Assembly (NCBI RefSeq): GCF_009914755.1
Contig: NC_060944.1
Length of the DNA: 64,000 bases
DNA from: the human T2T-CHM13v2.0 reference genome, Homo sapiens
Strand: one strand, 5' to 3'
Shown here: in pieces, positions 27,306 through 41,197 of the stretch
Position numbering within the stretch: position 1 is the stretch's first letter
Layout of the letters: each line of letters opens with the position of its first letter
Notes under the pieces: generated by a model
Seen by the model: only the letters and a program-made list of their open reading frames with translations
What the model was told of the DNA's origin: nothing
Databases searched by the model: none
Position numbers and translations under genes: made by a program

Positions 27306-27506
27306 TGGCCCCTTCACATTTTGTATCTGACTTTCTCATAAGACTTTTATTTCTTCAGAGCAAGGGCTATGCCTTCTTCACGTTTTCAGAATCAGAGTAT
27401 GAAAAATATTTGCTGTTTCTTGAGTAAATGATTACTCCATGATAGTTTTCCCTCTACCCCAACTGCCAATTATAAACTCAGATTTACATTCAGAATACTG
27501 GTGTGA

Positions 27507-28292
<786 letters not shown>

Positions 28293-28755
28293 TGCACACC
28301 ATTCTCGTCTGAGACATTATCAGAGAACAAACCACACTCAATTTATTGGTGGTATCAAGTATCTAATGAGTTTATAGGCTGGGCTAGAATCTATATTTGG
28401 GGGGAGAGGAGGAATTACTTAAGAAGGTAGTTTCTTCATATGTTCTTTGACCCCTTTAACTGTTAATATCATATTGTCCTAACAAAATAATGAAATAGAA
28501 AAAAGTAGACCTAAGAATAAATACTGTATATACTAGTTTTCTTTTAAATTAAAATTATTAATGTGTTTTGTAAACTGTTCTTATCACCTGTTTTATATGT
28601 AAATAAGTAATATTTTTACATCAAGCATTTTTAATTGTTTATTGCCTTGCTGTAAAATTGATTGTTATGATTATTTTAGTAATTTTTATGTGATTTCTTT
28701 TAAATCACATAGGGATAATTATGCTTGGCAGATTACTTCTACTTTTTTTTTTCAG

Positions 28756-28818
28756 ATGTTTTCAAGGCAGAGTCAGAATTAATAAATTTTAGCCCTCTGC
28801 CCAATCCATGATAAGAAG
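28756..28818 (+). pseudogene. Candidate fossil exon: (N)VFKAESELI... (frame of 3' half uncertain)
   Basis: Strong sites: ctttttttttttcag| ... AAG|gtaaga. Confidence 0.55.
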
Positions 28819-29065
28819 GTAAGATTTAGTCATTGATTCACTCAGCATTTACCAGGTATTTATCTTATGTCAGTCACTGTGCTAGGTGCTAGAGATGCAA
28901 AAAGGAATACAATGTGATCTTTGCCCTTGAAAAACTCAAATCTTAGAGTCATTCAAATATCACTGTGGTGAAATCTCTTAATTTATCACCATTGTTAGTA
29001 ATGCATAGTATTACTGACACATTGATAACCATTTTCATATCAATCACACCTTTTTATAACCATAA

Positions 29066-29399
<334 letters not shown>

Positions 29400-29500
29400 T
29401 AGTCAATCATTCAGCTCCACCTCTAATTTAATGGCCTTCCTTTCCCTGTCCCTTCCTTCCCTTCCCTGTCTCTTCCTTCACTTTCCTTCCCTTCTCTTTC

Positions 29501-29762
29501 TGCTATAGACTGAATGTTTGTGTCCCTCTGAAAATTTTTATGTTGAAATCCTAATACCCTATGTGATTGTATTAGGAGGTGGGGCCTTTGGAAGATAATT
29601 AGGTCATTTGGAGACCTCCCTCCCTCTTCAGCCATGCGAGGTCACAGTGAGAAGAGAAGACATAAGTCTGTGAACCAGAAAGCAGTCTCTCACCAGACAC
29701 CAAATCTGCCAGTGCCTTGAACTTAGACGTTCCTACCACCAGAACTGTGAGAAATAAATTTC
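29501..29762 (+). mobile_element. MLT1A/A0 LTR, partial
   Basis: tgctatagactgaatgtttgtgtccc...tatgttgaaatcctaa...ccagaactgtgagaaataaattt. Confidence 0.8.
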
Positions 29763-30160
29763 CCCCTCCTACTAAATAGTTTTAGCTAAAAGGAGTACCA
29801 AGAAAAGCCCTGTCTCCTATTTGGAAAGAAACATAAGGGCTTTGGACTCTAAATTCACAAAAGCAGCATTTATAGTTTACATCTATTGTTGCACATCATT
29901 GTAACTCCAGTGCCTGGAAAAGTATCTGATCATAGTCAGTATTCAATGGCCTTAGGTGGAAACTGAAAGCAAGGAGGCATAGTAGAGTGTGATTAGAGGT
30001 GTTGACTGGAGATTTGCATGTTTTATCAGTAGCAGTTTTTTTTTTTTTGAGGCCTAATGATGCTCTGCTTCCTCATGAATTTCATTCCAAATGAAGACAG
30101 TAACTAATTGCATTATTTTTTGAACTGCTTATATTTGCTGTTACCCTTTCTTTTATGCAG

Positions 30161-30229
30161 AAGATATTCAAGTTGGAGAGGGAAATTATGATTTTTTTTT
30201 CCTTTTTCAATGAATGTAACTGTTAATAG
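30161..30229 (+). pseudogene. Candidate fossil exon (KIFKLEREIMIFFSFFNE or an alternative frame)
   Basis: ccctttcttttatgcag| ... TAG|gtttgg; reading frame ambiguous. Confidence 0.45.
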
Positions 30230-30580
30230 GTTTGGATGAGTAACTTCTGTGATATAAGGTCTCCGTACAAGCAGTTATCATGCTCTGTCAGTCTTTCTAT
30301 GCAATTTTATCATGTAGATTGTTTTGGGAAACATGAAAATTAAGATTTAATTTGTCCTAGGAATTGGATCCAAAATGTAATGGAATTGGTTCCTTAATGC
30401 AGTGCATAGTTGTAGAGTATAGTGTAAATTAAATCAACTTGTGCTTCAATAATCTCTTTATTAGTTTTCAAATATTGATTTAAATAATGATATTAAATTG
30501 TGTATAGTTGAAAAGATGGCATTGCTTTCACTGCAATAGATGAATGTCATGAAAATGTTCTTCTCTTGTAATGGAATCAG

Positions 30581-30857
30581 ATGTAGAACATGATAAAGAA
30601 CAGTTCTCTTCACACCTCATAATTTCTGACATAGTAAGTTATGTTGAGGAAAATAGGCACATTATATTGACAATATATTTTTGTTTACAAATATGCCAGG
30701 TGGCCTGGTGTACAGATTGATTGAGGGTGATCACTACTGCCCATCACAACTATTACCTTTTGCAAAGATGGCCGAAGTGGAAGGGAAAACTTCCCTGCAC
30801 AACTTTTGTGGTGGATTACTGTTGAGATATAGCTATGCATTGGATGTTTTGGAAAAG
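30581..30857 (+). pseudogene. Candidate fossil exon: (D)VEHDKEQFSSHLIISDIVSYVEENR / HYIDNIFLFTNMPGGLVYRLIEGDHYCPSQLLPFAKMAEVEGKTSLHNFCGGLLLRYSYALDVLEK
   Basis: About 90 codons with no stop given one frameshift at aggcacattat (about 30658); includes ORF-track 30681-30890; donor at 30858 reads GA (mutated), alternative GT at 30880. Confidence 0.65.
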
Positions 30858-31191
30858 GAATATATAAGAATAGACCTTTGTATTTATTGAGGAAAATTAA
30901 AATTATAAAAGATAAAAAGGCAACTTAATATTCTCTCATTTAAATTTTAATTAACTTTCAATTTTGAATGGTGTTTTCCTGAGCTGTTATCCAGTTTCTG
31001 CTCTAAAGTTGGCTGTAATTTTATAACATTCTTTTGATGACTGTATGTGCATGAATATGTCTGTAGTTATTTTGAAGGTAAAACTCTACTTATTTCACTT
31101 TTTTGAGTGAAGTATTAAATTGTTTTCAAGATAGCAGTGACTGAATATTGCACTTAATACAAATGTTTAATTTCTTTAATCCTTTTTACAG

Positions 31192-31284
31192 ATAAAAGTA
31201 TATGCTTTTTATCCTTTTCCTTAAAATGACAAAGGCTTCTCCTCAGGGAGATCAGAAAGCATAATGACTGGCATGCTGAACCTG
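31192..31284 (+). pseudogene. Candidate fossil exon, phase 0->0: IKVYAFYPFP*NDKGFSSGRSESIMTGMLNL
   Basis: ttctttaatcctttttacag| ... CTG|gtatct; motif shared with the exon at 41198. Confidence 0.65.
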
Positions 31285-31674
31285 GTATCTGAACATTTGT
31301 TTTTTATTCTTTATTTCATGTGACCTTGGAATAATTCAGTGGCTCCTAGATTTTCTCAAAAATGACTCAATTTTTCATTCATTTCATTTAAATGACCCTT
31401 TGAGTTATCTCGTATGCTACCTGTTTTTATCTTTATAATACAGTAAAATTTAAACTATTCATATCTCTATGTGGGGGTGGGGGTGGGGGCAGATAAGGGT
31501 CATAGAGAAGGCACCTCTTTCTCAGAAAAGTAGCAAATGACCACCCTCCATCCCAAAATAGATTTAGCTACAAGAAGAGTAAAGTGCACATGGAAGAACA
31601 AAAAAGCCTTTTGGTGTACAAGGATTTCAGACTTTGTTGGGCTTCAGCATCAGTAGAGAGTCTTATTAAAAACA

Positions 31675-32879
31675 CTGTCATACATCACTTAAAGACAAGG
31701 ATATGTTCTGAAAAAAACAGATCATTAGGCAATTATGTTGTTGTGTGAACATCATAGAGTGAACCGACAAAAGCCTAGATGGGATAGCCTACTATGTACC
31801 TAGGCTATATGGTATAGCCTGCTGCTCCTAGGCTACAAACTTGTACAGCATGTTACTGTAGTGAATACTGTAGGCAATTGTAACAAAATGGTAAGTATTG
31901 TGTGTCTAAGCATATCTAAACATAGAAAAGGTACAGTAAAAATTTGACACAAAAGATTAAGAAATGGTAATTGTGTATAGGGCACTTACCATGAATGGAG
32001 CTTGCAGGACTGAAAGTTGCTTTGGATGAGTCAGTGAGTTAGTGGTGAGTGAATGTGAAGGACTAGGACATTGCTGTATACTACTGTAGACTTTTATAAA
32101 CACAGTGAACTTAGGCTACGTTAAATGTATTAAAAATATTTTTTCTTTCCCCAATAATAAATTAACTATAGCTTATTGTAACTTTTTTATGTTATATACT
32201 TTTAATTATTTTTAACTTTTTTACTATTTTGTAATAATACTTAGATTAAAACACAAATACATTGTACAGTTGTACAAAATTTTTTTCTTTATATCCTTAT
32301 TTTATAAGCTTTTTTCTATATTACAATTTCTTTTTTTTTACTTAATTTTTTTTTGTTAAAAACTAATACAGAAACACTCACACTAGTCCAGGCATACACA
32401 GGACCAGGGTCATCAATATCACTGTCTTCCACCTCCACATCTTTTCCCAGTGGAATGTCTTCAGGGCCAATACATGCATGGAACTGTCATCTCCTATGAT
32501 AATAGTGTCTTCTTCTGGAATACCTCCTAAAGGACCTGCCTGAGGCTGTTTTCTAGTTAACTTTTTTTTTTTTTTTTTTTTTAGTAAGTAGAAGAATTAT
32601 ACTCTGAAACAGCAATCAATAGTATGGTAGATACAGAAAGCAGTAACATAGTCTTTCATTATCAATTATTATGTACTGTAAATAATTGTATGTACTATAC
32701 TTTTGTATGACTGGCAGCACAGTAGGTTTGTTTACATCAGTATCATTCATTGTGCTATGATGTCATGATGGCTATGGCATTTCTATGCAATGGGAACTTT
32801 TCAGCTCCACTATAATCTTATGGGATCACCTTGTATATGCAGTCCATCAATGATCAAAATGTTATGTAGTGCATGACTG
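31675..32879 (+). mobile_element. Tigger3b (Golem) non-autonomous DNA transposon, near full length
   Basis: TIR-like ends ctgtcatac.../...gcatgactg; body gtgtgaacatcatagagtg...cctagatgg...tagcctacta; about 1.2 kb. Confidence 0.85.
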
Positions 32880-34131
32880 CACCTACTCCAAAACTACAGA
32901 AGTGGAATTTAGAGTCATGGGAAGCTGGATAATGACCATCAAAGTTGGTCTTACATGAGGTAGGACCTGGTCCAATTTGAAGTAAGAAATCAGGGAACTT
33001 TCCTTCAACACTTATTTCCTTCCATGGTCTAAGACATTTCAAAATTCTGAGCATGGTTTTCCATTTATCACAGAGTTTAAGTTACTATTCAGTGTTGAAA
33101 TTCCTGGCCCTCAATGGCATTATGAATCAGCTGTTCATAGAACTCAACTTTCTTGAATGGGCCATTTCCCAGGTCTTCTACAGCTGTTTTGCTCATTTTT
33201 AATCCCTTCATTTGCCAGCTTAATATTTGCTAGCTGCTGTTATTGGGGAATTCAGTTTTTCCCCCATGTCCCTATCTTTTGCCAGTTTTTCTCTTCATTC
33301 CTCAAAATCAGTAGTTCTCCTTTCTCAAAGGTTGCCTATGAATCATCCATGATTTGTATATCACCCTTTGGGAAACACGAATATTTTCAGAACCCTCATT
33401 TCTCTGTCGTTAAATGAGGTCAATAATGACTGCTGACGTTTCCTTTGACTCTGAAGGGCGTGGTCAGGCTAGATGAGAAAATTCTTACAGAATGTGGTGT
33501 GCTGTGCTGCTGTCGCCACTTTGCTGGGAGACTGAAGCTCAGACAGCTAAGCGATTTGCCAGGGCTGTGCAACCCATCTGTGGTGAGAATTCCAGAATTC
33601 CAACCTGGAGAATCTGACTTACTCTTTTGGAGAACATTATATTTGATAAACTGGAATCATTGTTTTGAGTGCTCCCATGGCTCTGTAGGCCAAAACAGTA
33701 GAACTTATGACAGTAGTTTGGTCTTCAGGAACTCCACTTAACCCCAAACTACCCTCCAGTTTTCAGAGAGCACTGGGGAAAAGGGAGGGATGAGTGTGTA
33801 TTGAATTATCTGAATTCTGCCACTTATGCCTAAGAGATATGTATGAGAGAATCTTTACATTTTGTACACATTATTCTAAAATTCCTTTTAGTCCTTAAAC
33901 AACTCTCAGGGGGAAAATAGTACAGAATTAAAATAAAAGTTCTTAACATTTGTCCCTGAATATATTTTTAGAAAAAGTATACTTGAAATCTGATCACCTA
34001 TAAGGAAAGATTTATCAGGAGAGTTTAAATTTTTATATTTACTCATATTAAATGCATGTGTGTTTTGAGACCAAGGTTTTTTGTTTGTTTTAATATTTTG
34101 GGGAGACATACTTCCTTCAAATATATAGGTT

Positions 34132-34421
34132 AGAGGTAGGGGGTAGGGATGGTTAGTGGTATAAAAAAAAACAGAAAGAATGAATAAGACATACTGTTTG
34201 ATAGTACAGCAAGGTGACTGTAGTCAACAATGACTTAATTGTATATTTTAAAAAACTACAAGAGTGTAATTGGGTTAGGGTTTGTAACACAAAGAATAAA
34301 TGCTTGAGGGGAGGGATACCCCATTCTCCATGATGTGATTATTTTACATTGCATATGCCCGTATCAAAACATCTCATGTACTCCACAAACATATACACTA
34401 TGTACCCCCAAAAACTTAAAG
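34132..34421 (+). mobile_element. L1MA1/2 3' end, 5'-truncated
   Basis: gaaagaatgaataagac...ataaatgcttgagggga.ggataccccattctccatgatgtgatt; TSD aatatata(g/a)gtt (34120-34131 / 34422-34433). Confidence 0.8.
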
Positions 34422-35361
34422 AATATATAAGTTTAAATTAGAATTCCCCCAAATTCTAGTAGTAGAATATATTCTTTTAAAATTCTAGTAGAATTTGGGA
34501 GAATTCTAATTTAAACCAATTCTGGTGTTCCTGAGTTATGTGAGCTCCTCCAAGTTCCACTGTTTTGTCATTGCCAACTCAGGGAGTCAAATATGTACTT
34601 ATTTAGCATTTTCTGAGCCAGGTACTGGCTCTGAGAGGTACATACTTTCATTTAATTCTTCAAGAGAATTAAAAGCAAACGGAGCCCATATGTTATAGAC
34701 AAGGAAACTGAGGTTCTGAGATGTTGAGTAGCTTACTCAAGGTTGACCTGAGACTCTAAATTAGGTTCATCCTCCTTGAAGACACCTATATTCCTTTTGT
34801 TCTCATAAAATAGCACATCCAGCCAGCATTCCATCCCAGATATTGGCACTAAGGAGAGGCGTGGGAAAGGGCATGGACACTTTCTGTTAGGTACATGGGG
34901 GACGTTGTGCTCTAGCTTATACATGACTGTAAAGGCGCAAATGAAAACTCTTCCTTTATTAGTACATTTTCTTTTGCATGGTTATCTGGGATGAGTATGT
35001 GGTGAGGTGGGGCTGTGGGAGGAAGCTGCTGCAATTAGTTTTGCCTCAGGTAGAATGCTGACATCAGTTGTAATGAGATTAAAATCTTCTACTCAGCTGT
35101 TGCTTGAAATATTCTATTGTGTTCTCATCCAACTATTTTAACTAATTGAAGTGACTTAACCATATAATTATTTTCAAATGTTTACAATTACTTTTAGATA
35201 AATATAAATGAATGTTTGCCTGCATATGAACAACAAAAGGAATAATTTGGTACCTTCACCCAAATAGTCAAACCCTCTAAGATATTGGTAGAAACATCAG
35301 AGTGTATCAGTGAAGTTCAAAGGACACAAATAGGCATTTTTAAATACTAAAATGAAATATT

Positions 35362-37850
35362 ACTTTCAGCTCCACCAAAATGGAGTAGCCTCATTCCTTC
35401 CGGGTTCTCTCCCTTATAACTAAAAATTTCTAGATACAGTGCTACGAAGATGGCAAGGAAGTCTCTCAAAGATCAAAAGAAGAGGGTGAACTGCTAGGAA
35501 TTTTTGGAACTTGAACTACAAAGCAGTGAGTTCCTTGAATTTTTGTGTTATCTGTCATATATCCTGAGCTAGGTGCTACAGAAGCCTCCAAACTGCCAGA
35601 ACTGCCAGAAAGTACAGATAAAGAAGCTCCAAGAAAGTCTTGTTTTCTTTAGGCAAAGGACCAGGTGAAGGGTGGTTTTACACCAGAAAATTTTTGGCAG
35701 TATCTGCCAAACACCACTGGAAAACTCACATCTTACTCCCTCCATGATTTCAGTGGTGCTAAACAGAATTTGATCCCGTCATTCCCATACATTGATACTG
35801 TTAGACTTGATGAGTTACATGGGTATATTGTTATTTTCTAGAGCAGCTGCTAGGAAAACTATCCAAAGCAATATACTTTTGAAAAGATAAAGAAATCAAG
35901 ATAGAAATTTTTAATATGATCAAGTCACCCAAAGGAAAGTAAGAGAAACAGAGGAAACAAAGAGAAAACAAGTAATAAAATGACAGTCTTAAGCCCTAGT
36001 ATGTTAATAAACCCAATTTTATTACTTTAAATTTAAATGATCTATGGAAATGCAAGGGACCCAGGATAGTTTAAACAGTTTTGAAATGAAAGAACCAAGT
36101 TTGAATACTTAGATTTTCTGATTTTAAAACTGTAAAACTATGGTAATGAAGACAACATGGGGCTGGCCTAAGGATAAACAGATAGATTGATGGAATAGAA
36201 TTAAGAGTCCAGAAATAAAGCCTTCCATTGATGTCCAATTGATTTGCAACCAGAGTGCCAAGACAATTCAATGGGAGAAAGAATAGTGTTTTTGACAAAT
36301 GGTACTGGGTTAACTGGATATCCACATGCAAAAGAATGAAGTTAGATCCCTTCCTTACACCATATATAAAAATTAACTCCGAATGGATCATAGATCTAAG
36401 TGGAAGAACTAAAGCTATAAAACTCTCAGAAGAAAGCATAGGTGTAAAATTCATGACCTTGCGCAATGAATTCTTAGATATGATACCAAAAGTACAAGCA
36501 CTGACAACAAAAAGAAAGATACATACACTGGACTTTATCTAAATTGAAACTTTTGTGTTTCAAATCACACCACAAAGAAAGTAAAATACAGGTCACAAAA
36601 TGGGAGAAAATATTTGTAAAGCATACATCTGATAAGAAACTTGTATCCAAAATACATAAAGTACTCATATACCTCATTAATTAAAAGACAGATAACACAA
36701 TTTTGGATTAGGCAAGGGTTCTGAATAGATATTTCTCCATATAAGTTATACAAATTGCTAATAAGCACATGAAAAGATGCTGAACATCATTAGCTCTCAG
36801 GGAAATGTAAATCAAAACCACAATGAGAAGCCACTTTTATTCAGTAGGATAGCTATTACCAAAAAAGACAGATAATAAGAATTGTTGACCAAGATAAGGA
36901 GAAATTAGAACACTTACCCATTGCTGGTGGGATTGTAAGATGGTGCAGTCACTGTGAAAAATGGTATAGCAGTTCATCAAATTGTTAAACATAGAATTAC
37001 TATATTAGCTGGCAATTCTACTCATAGGTATATACCCAAGAGATTAAAAAAATTTACATAAAAACTTGCACATTAATTTTCATACCAGTGTTATTCATAA
37101 TAGCCCCAAAATGGAACAACTTAAATGTCCATCATCTCATGAATGGATAAACAAAATATATCCATAAAATGGAAAATTGTTCATGCTTAAAAAGGAATCA
37201 AGTACTGATACAAGACAAATGAACTTTGGAAAACTTACGCTGAATGAAAAAAAAGCTAGTCATAAAAGACTACATATTGTATGATTCCATTTATATGAAA
37301 TGTCTAGAATAGGCAAATCTGTAGAGGCCGTAAGCAGATTACTGATTGTTGGGGGAAATAGGGAGTGAATACAAATGGCATGAGTTTCTTTGGCGGATGA
37401 AGAAAATGTTCAGAAATTGATTGTGGTGATGGTTGAAAGAGTCTATGAACATACAAAAACCATTTAATCGTGTATTTTTAAAGGGCCTGGTATGTGAATC
37501 AATAAAGCTAAAAATGTAAATGGTCTAAATAAACTAATTAAAAGACAGATTTTGACATAATAGATAAAAAACATGACCCAACCATATGCTGTCTATAAAA
37601 AATTTGCTTCAAATACAACAATATAGGTAGGTAGAAAGTAAAAGCATGGAAAAATATATACCATGTAAACATGAATTTAAGAAAAAAATTGTTATATTCT
37701 TACCGATAAACTTCAGAGGAGAGAAACATTATTAGAGCTAAAGAGAGACATTGTATAATTATAAAAAGAACAATTTATCAGGAAAACATAACTATTGCAA
37801 ATGTGTGCACATCAAATAATAGTGCCTGGAAATATGTGAAGCAAAATGAA
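35362..37850 (+). mobile_element. Old L1M (5' region plus start of ORF2 endonuclease) interrupted by an L1MB insertion
   Basis: 37512-37850 resembles the ORF2 N-terminus (NVNGLN..IKRQ...HDPTICCL); continues from 36029. Confidence 0.7.
36045..37511 (+). mobile_element. L1MB (ORF2 3' part plus 3' UTR), nested insertion
   Basis: ORF2-like peptide FDKWYWVNWISTCKRMKLDPFLTPYIKINSEWIIDL; diverged TSD aaatttaaatgatcta (36029-36044) / aaatgtaaatggtcta (37512-37527). Confidence 0.85.
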
Positions 37851-38213
37851 ACATTACATCTAAATTTTCTTAAATTCTTTAAACCTTACTCCACGTATAA
37901 TAGTCTTTAATTATGGCATAAACTAAAAGATTTATGTCTATACTAAGTTTCATTCCTGAAAGAGCTGCTTCTGTCTTTTTATCCTCAAAATACAATACTG
38001 TATTAGGTATTGAAGTGTTTGTGTATGTGTGTGTGTGTATTTATACCATATAGACAAGGTCTATGATTCTGTAATCATAGAACTTACAGTGATGTGATCC
38101 TTTTCAAGCTTCATATTATAACACACACACAGACACAAAGATTCACAAATGTACTGAATCGATTTAATTCCATGAGTTGTAACGTTCTTGATACCATATT
38201 TGTTCTAAAGCAG

Positions 38214-38306
38214 CATTTCTTAGTAATTAAAATGAATGAGAAGATCTCTACCTAAAGAGATAGTATGAACTTTAAAAGCAGAAGCAAAGTTCAGTATTTA
38301 TATTTG
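38214..38306 (+). pseudogene. Candidate fossil exon, phase 0->0: HFLVIKMNEKIST*RDSMNFKSRSKVQYLYL
   Basis: tttgttctaaagcag| ... TTG|gtagca; 1 stop; frame not certain. Confidence 0.4.
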
Positions 38307-39250
38307 GTAGCAATAAACTACCTGTTAGAAATATTTATCAAGTGAAGATATAATTGCCTGCTTTGTCTGTGAACCTCATAAGTACAAAAATTGTGTTCTT
38401 TGAATTTACACTTTTTAAGGGATGTATGTTAAACATTTTAGCAGTGTATTTTTTTAAATTAAAATATATGAATTTAATTTACACAAATAATTTATTTTAC
38501 ATAAAAACATTCTAGCTAGCATCTAGCAGTTTTAATACCTTATACATTTTAATCATATCTGCTAGAACAAGTAATCTCTAGAGTGGTCAGCTATGGAAGA
38601 GGATAAAGTTAGTAGACCTACTAACTTTATAGCTCATATATATTTTGGTTATATACTCGAATTCCTATTACTCGATGCTTCAAGCATTATCTTTTAACCT
38701 CTGTATACAAAATTAGAATGTCAGCACGTTTACACTTTTCTACTTGTTCTCCCTCTACTTTCTGTTTTTATAACTTACTGATACTAAAATGTTCAAAGCT
38801 TATAGTATTTTTATGTTCTGTAACTATAATTCTCACATTTTTTTCTTTAGTTATATACATAAATCATTTTAGGGCTGACCTCCAAATTTTTACAATAGAC
38901 TCTCCATTCTATAAGTTGACTGGAATAATTTCTAACAACATGAATCATGCATGACTTGTACATACCCTTTGGGAAATACCAGGATTCTCAGAGGTTTTAC
39001 TTGTGTCATTAAATGGAGACTGTAATGGCTGCTACCATTTCTCTTCTCTGTCTCTCCGGTGTGAAACAGGGCTCAGGGGTACACATAAGGCTGCAATCTG
39101 GTCCTTTTTCTTTTCTCTATCTATTCACATTTCTCTTTGTTTTGACCTCCTGAATGTGAAAATGTTTAATAGCATGTATATTTACATATTTAAGTATTCA
39201 AGCTCTACTGCTTAGTTCTTAATAGTATCTTACCTGTGCATTTTCACCAG

Positions 39251-39330
39251 CCAAAGATTTTGAGAGGACAAAAGAGGGGACAAGAACTTGCTATCCGTTT
39301 TAAAGAATTTTCTATAGAGACCTTTTAAAA
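39251..39330 (+). pseudogene. Candidate fossil exon, phase 0->2: PKILRGQKRGQELAIRFKEFSIETF*(K)
   Basis: cattttcaccag| ... AA|gtaaga. Confidence 0.55.
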
Positions 39331-39460
39331 GTAAGATGATTAGGATTTCATTAAAAAGAATTTTAAATATGTTAAAAGCATGAGTTTTTGCAGCTGCTAG
39401 GCAGAAAGACTTGCTTGCTAACCACACTTTGTTTCTTGGGAATGAATGACTGTACTTAAT

Positions 39461-39462
<2 letters not shown>

Positions 39463-39497
<35 letters not shown>
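39463..39497. repeat. (AC)17 microsatellite
   Basis: Directly visible. Confidence 0.95.
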
Positions 39498-39503
<6 letters not shown>

Positions 39504-39840
39504 CGCATGTGTGTATACATGCCCGGATATACAGGAACTAAAGATAGGATAAAAAACTGACCTCTAGAATATTCAGATACAGACATCATTCTGTGGCTGC
39601 CTCACCAAATCATATGTGGTTGGATATAAGAAAGTACAGCCTATTTCTGGGATTTACAGAGATAAGAAAAGGGAAAAATAGGAAATTTTAAAATGTCACA
39701 ACTCATTTTATTAATGATTATTACTCAGCTTTATTATTTTAGATAGTAATGCATTTCATGTTTGAATATCACAAAGAAAACTTTTCTGAAGTGATTTTCT
39801 TGAGAATATTGTTATACATGTTTTCTGCATCCTCCCATAG

Positions 39841-39970
39841 GTCTATGAACATAAGAGTTTATCATATTTTACCTATCCTGTTACCACTACCTGTGGACAG
39901 TGTTAATTGATTTCTAGGAAATGCCGACACTTATTTTAGCACTAATTTCACAGAGTCATTTATTTCCAAG
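39841..39970 (+). pseudogene. Candidate fossil exon, phase 2->0: SMNIRVYHILPILLPLPVDSVN*FLGNADTYFSTNFTESFISK
   Basis: ttttctgcatcctcccatag| ... AAG|gtttat; single TGA (consistent with CGA decay). Confidence 0.6.
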
Positions 39971-40147
39971 GTTTATATAACAGTAAATAAACTAATAAAA
40001 TATATTGAATTTTAATTTGCCTTTTTACCTCTTAATTTCTCTCTTATGAATAGACTTTAGAATTTGACCTTATTAATATACTAGGAAACTCAGAAATTAG
40101 TTTCATGAAATAATGTTTGATTTATTTTCATTCATTTGATAGGACAG

Positions 40148-40283
40148 GAGCTTTAACAGATGGACTGTCAGATCCAAATAAAGTTTTATTGCTTTATTGT
40201 TATGTGCAATAATTAAGATATTGTTCAGATAGATTGACACCTAGACTCTGGGAGACTTATGGTGTGGTGGTGTCTAGATAGAG
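40148..40283 (+). pseudogene. Candidate fossil exon, phase 0->1: EL*QMDCQIQIKFYCFIVMCNN*DIVQID*HLDSGRLMVWWCLDR (alternative acceptor 40143 and alternative frame possible)
   Basis: ttttcattcatttgataggacag| ... GAG|gtatat. Confidence 0.5.
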
Positions 40284-40699
40284 GTATATGGAGAATTCGT
40301 AATACTGCATGTGTACCAAAGAACACCTGTATTGTTATAATTTGTATGTAAATTGTATATGAACAATTGTTTATAATCTAAAGTAATATTATTTAGAAGC
40401 ATTTTATTACATTTATTTTTAGATTTGTAACCTGATTAGAAGACTAACTTTTTCAAATTTTTCTTTTTAAATGTCTTGATTTTTGAGAAATTTTAGTTCA
40501 CTCTTAAGTTCCCTTAAGATTATGGAGTAGAAACCACTGTAAGCTTAGGAAAATATTTTGAAATAATTTGTGAAATACCTTTTTGTATCCCAATAATTTC
40601 TATTGTCATGAGCTTTTGAATGTTAACAAAATGATTTTCATCTCTATGTTAGGTTTAGGTGCAGGGTATACAAATGTTATATTTTTATTTTCAGTACAG

Positions 40700-40738
40700 T
40701 ACAGGATTCTACAGGGGTTTTCATTGTTCATTTGGGGG
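40700..40738 (+). pseudogene. Candidate fossil micro-exon, phase 1->1: (V)QDSTGVFIVHLG
   Basis: tttttattttcagtacag| ... GGG|gtaaac. Confidence 0.4.
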
Positions 40739-41197
40739 GTAAACTTTTTATTTCCTTTTCTAATAGCTAAGAGGTATAAATTTTGATGGTATTATTATCT
40801 CAGTTTACATATGTTTCACTTGTAAATATTGCATTCATGAAGAAGAAACACCACAACAATTTAAACACATAAAATACTTCATGTGAGTTACTTGAAAATG
40901 ACAAATCGAAATCTGTCACGTAATAGGAAAACTATGCTTTGAAGCATAATCTCTAGTGCTGCCTCTTCTCTATTACAGCTTAAACTGTACTCTGCATGTC
41001 ATACATAAAGAATGAACTTTGCAGTCAGTTAAAAAAGCTGAAACAATTGGTATGAGAAACATACCAAGAAAATATTCTAATCATAATTCCAAGTTGAGGT
41101 CAAAAAAATAAATAAACCAGAATATGAGCCATAATCTTTTTATTTTTTTTAACTTTAATAGTCCTTAGCAATAATCAACAATTTACTGATTCAACAG

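Noticed and set aside
39841-40283. Alternative frames GL*T*EFIIFYLSCYHYLW... / TGALTDGLSDPNKVLLLYCYVQ*...
   Set aside because: Also protein-like, but incompatible with the well-bounded exons at 39251 and 41198; only homology can decide
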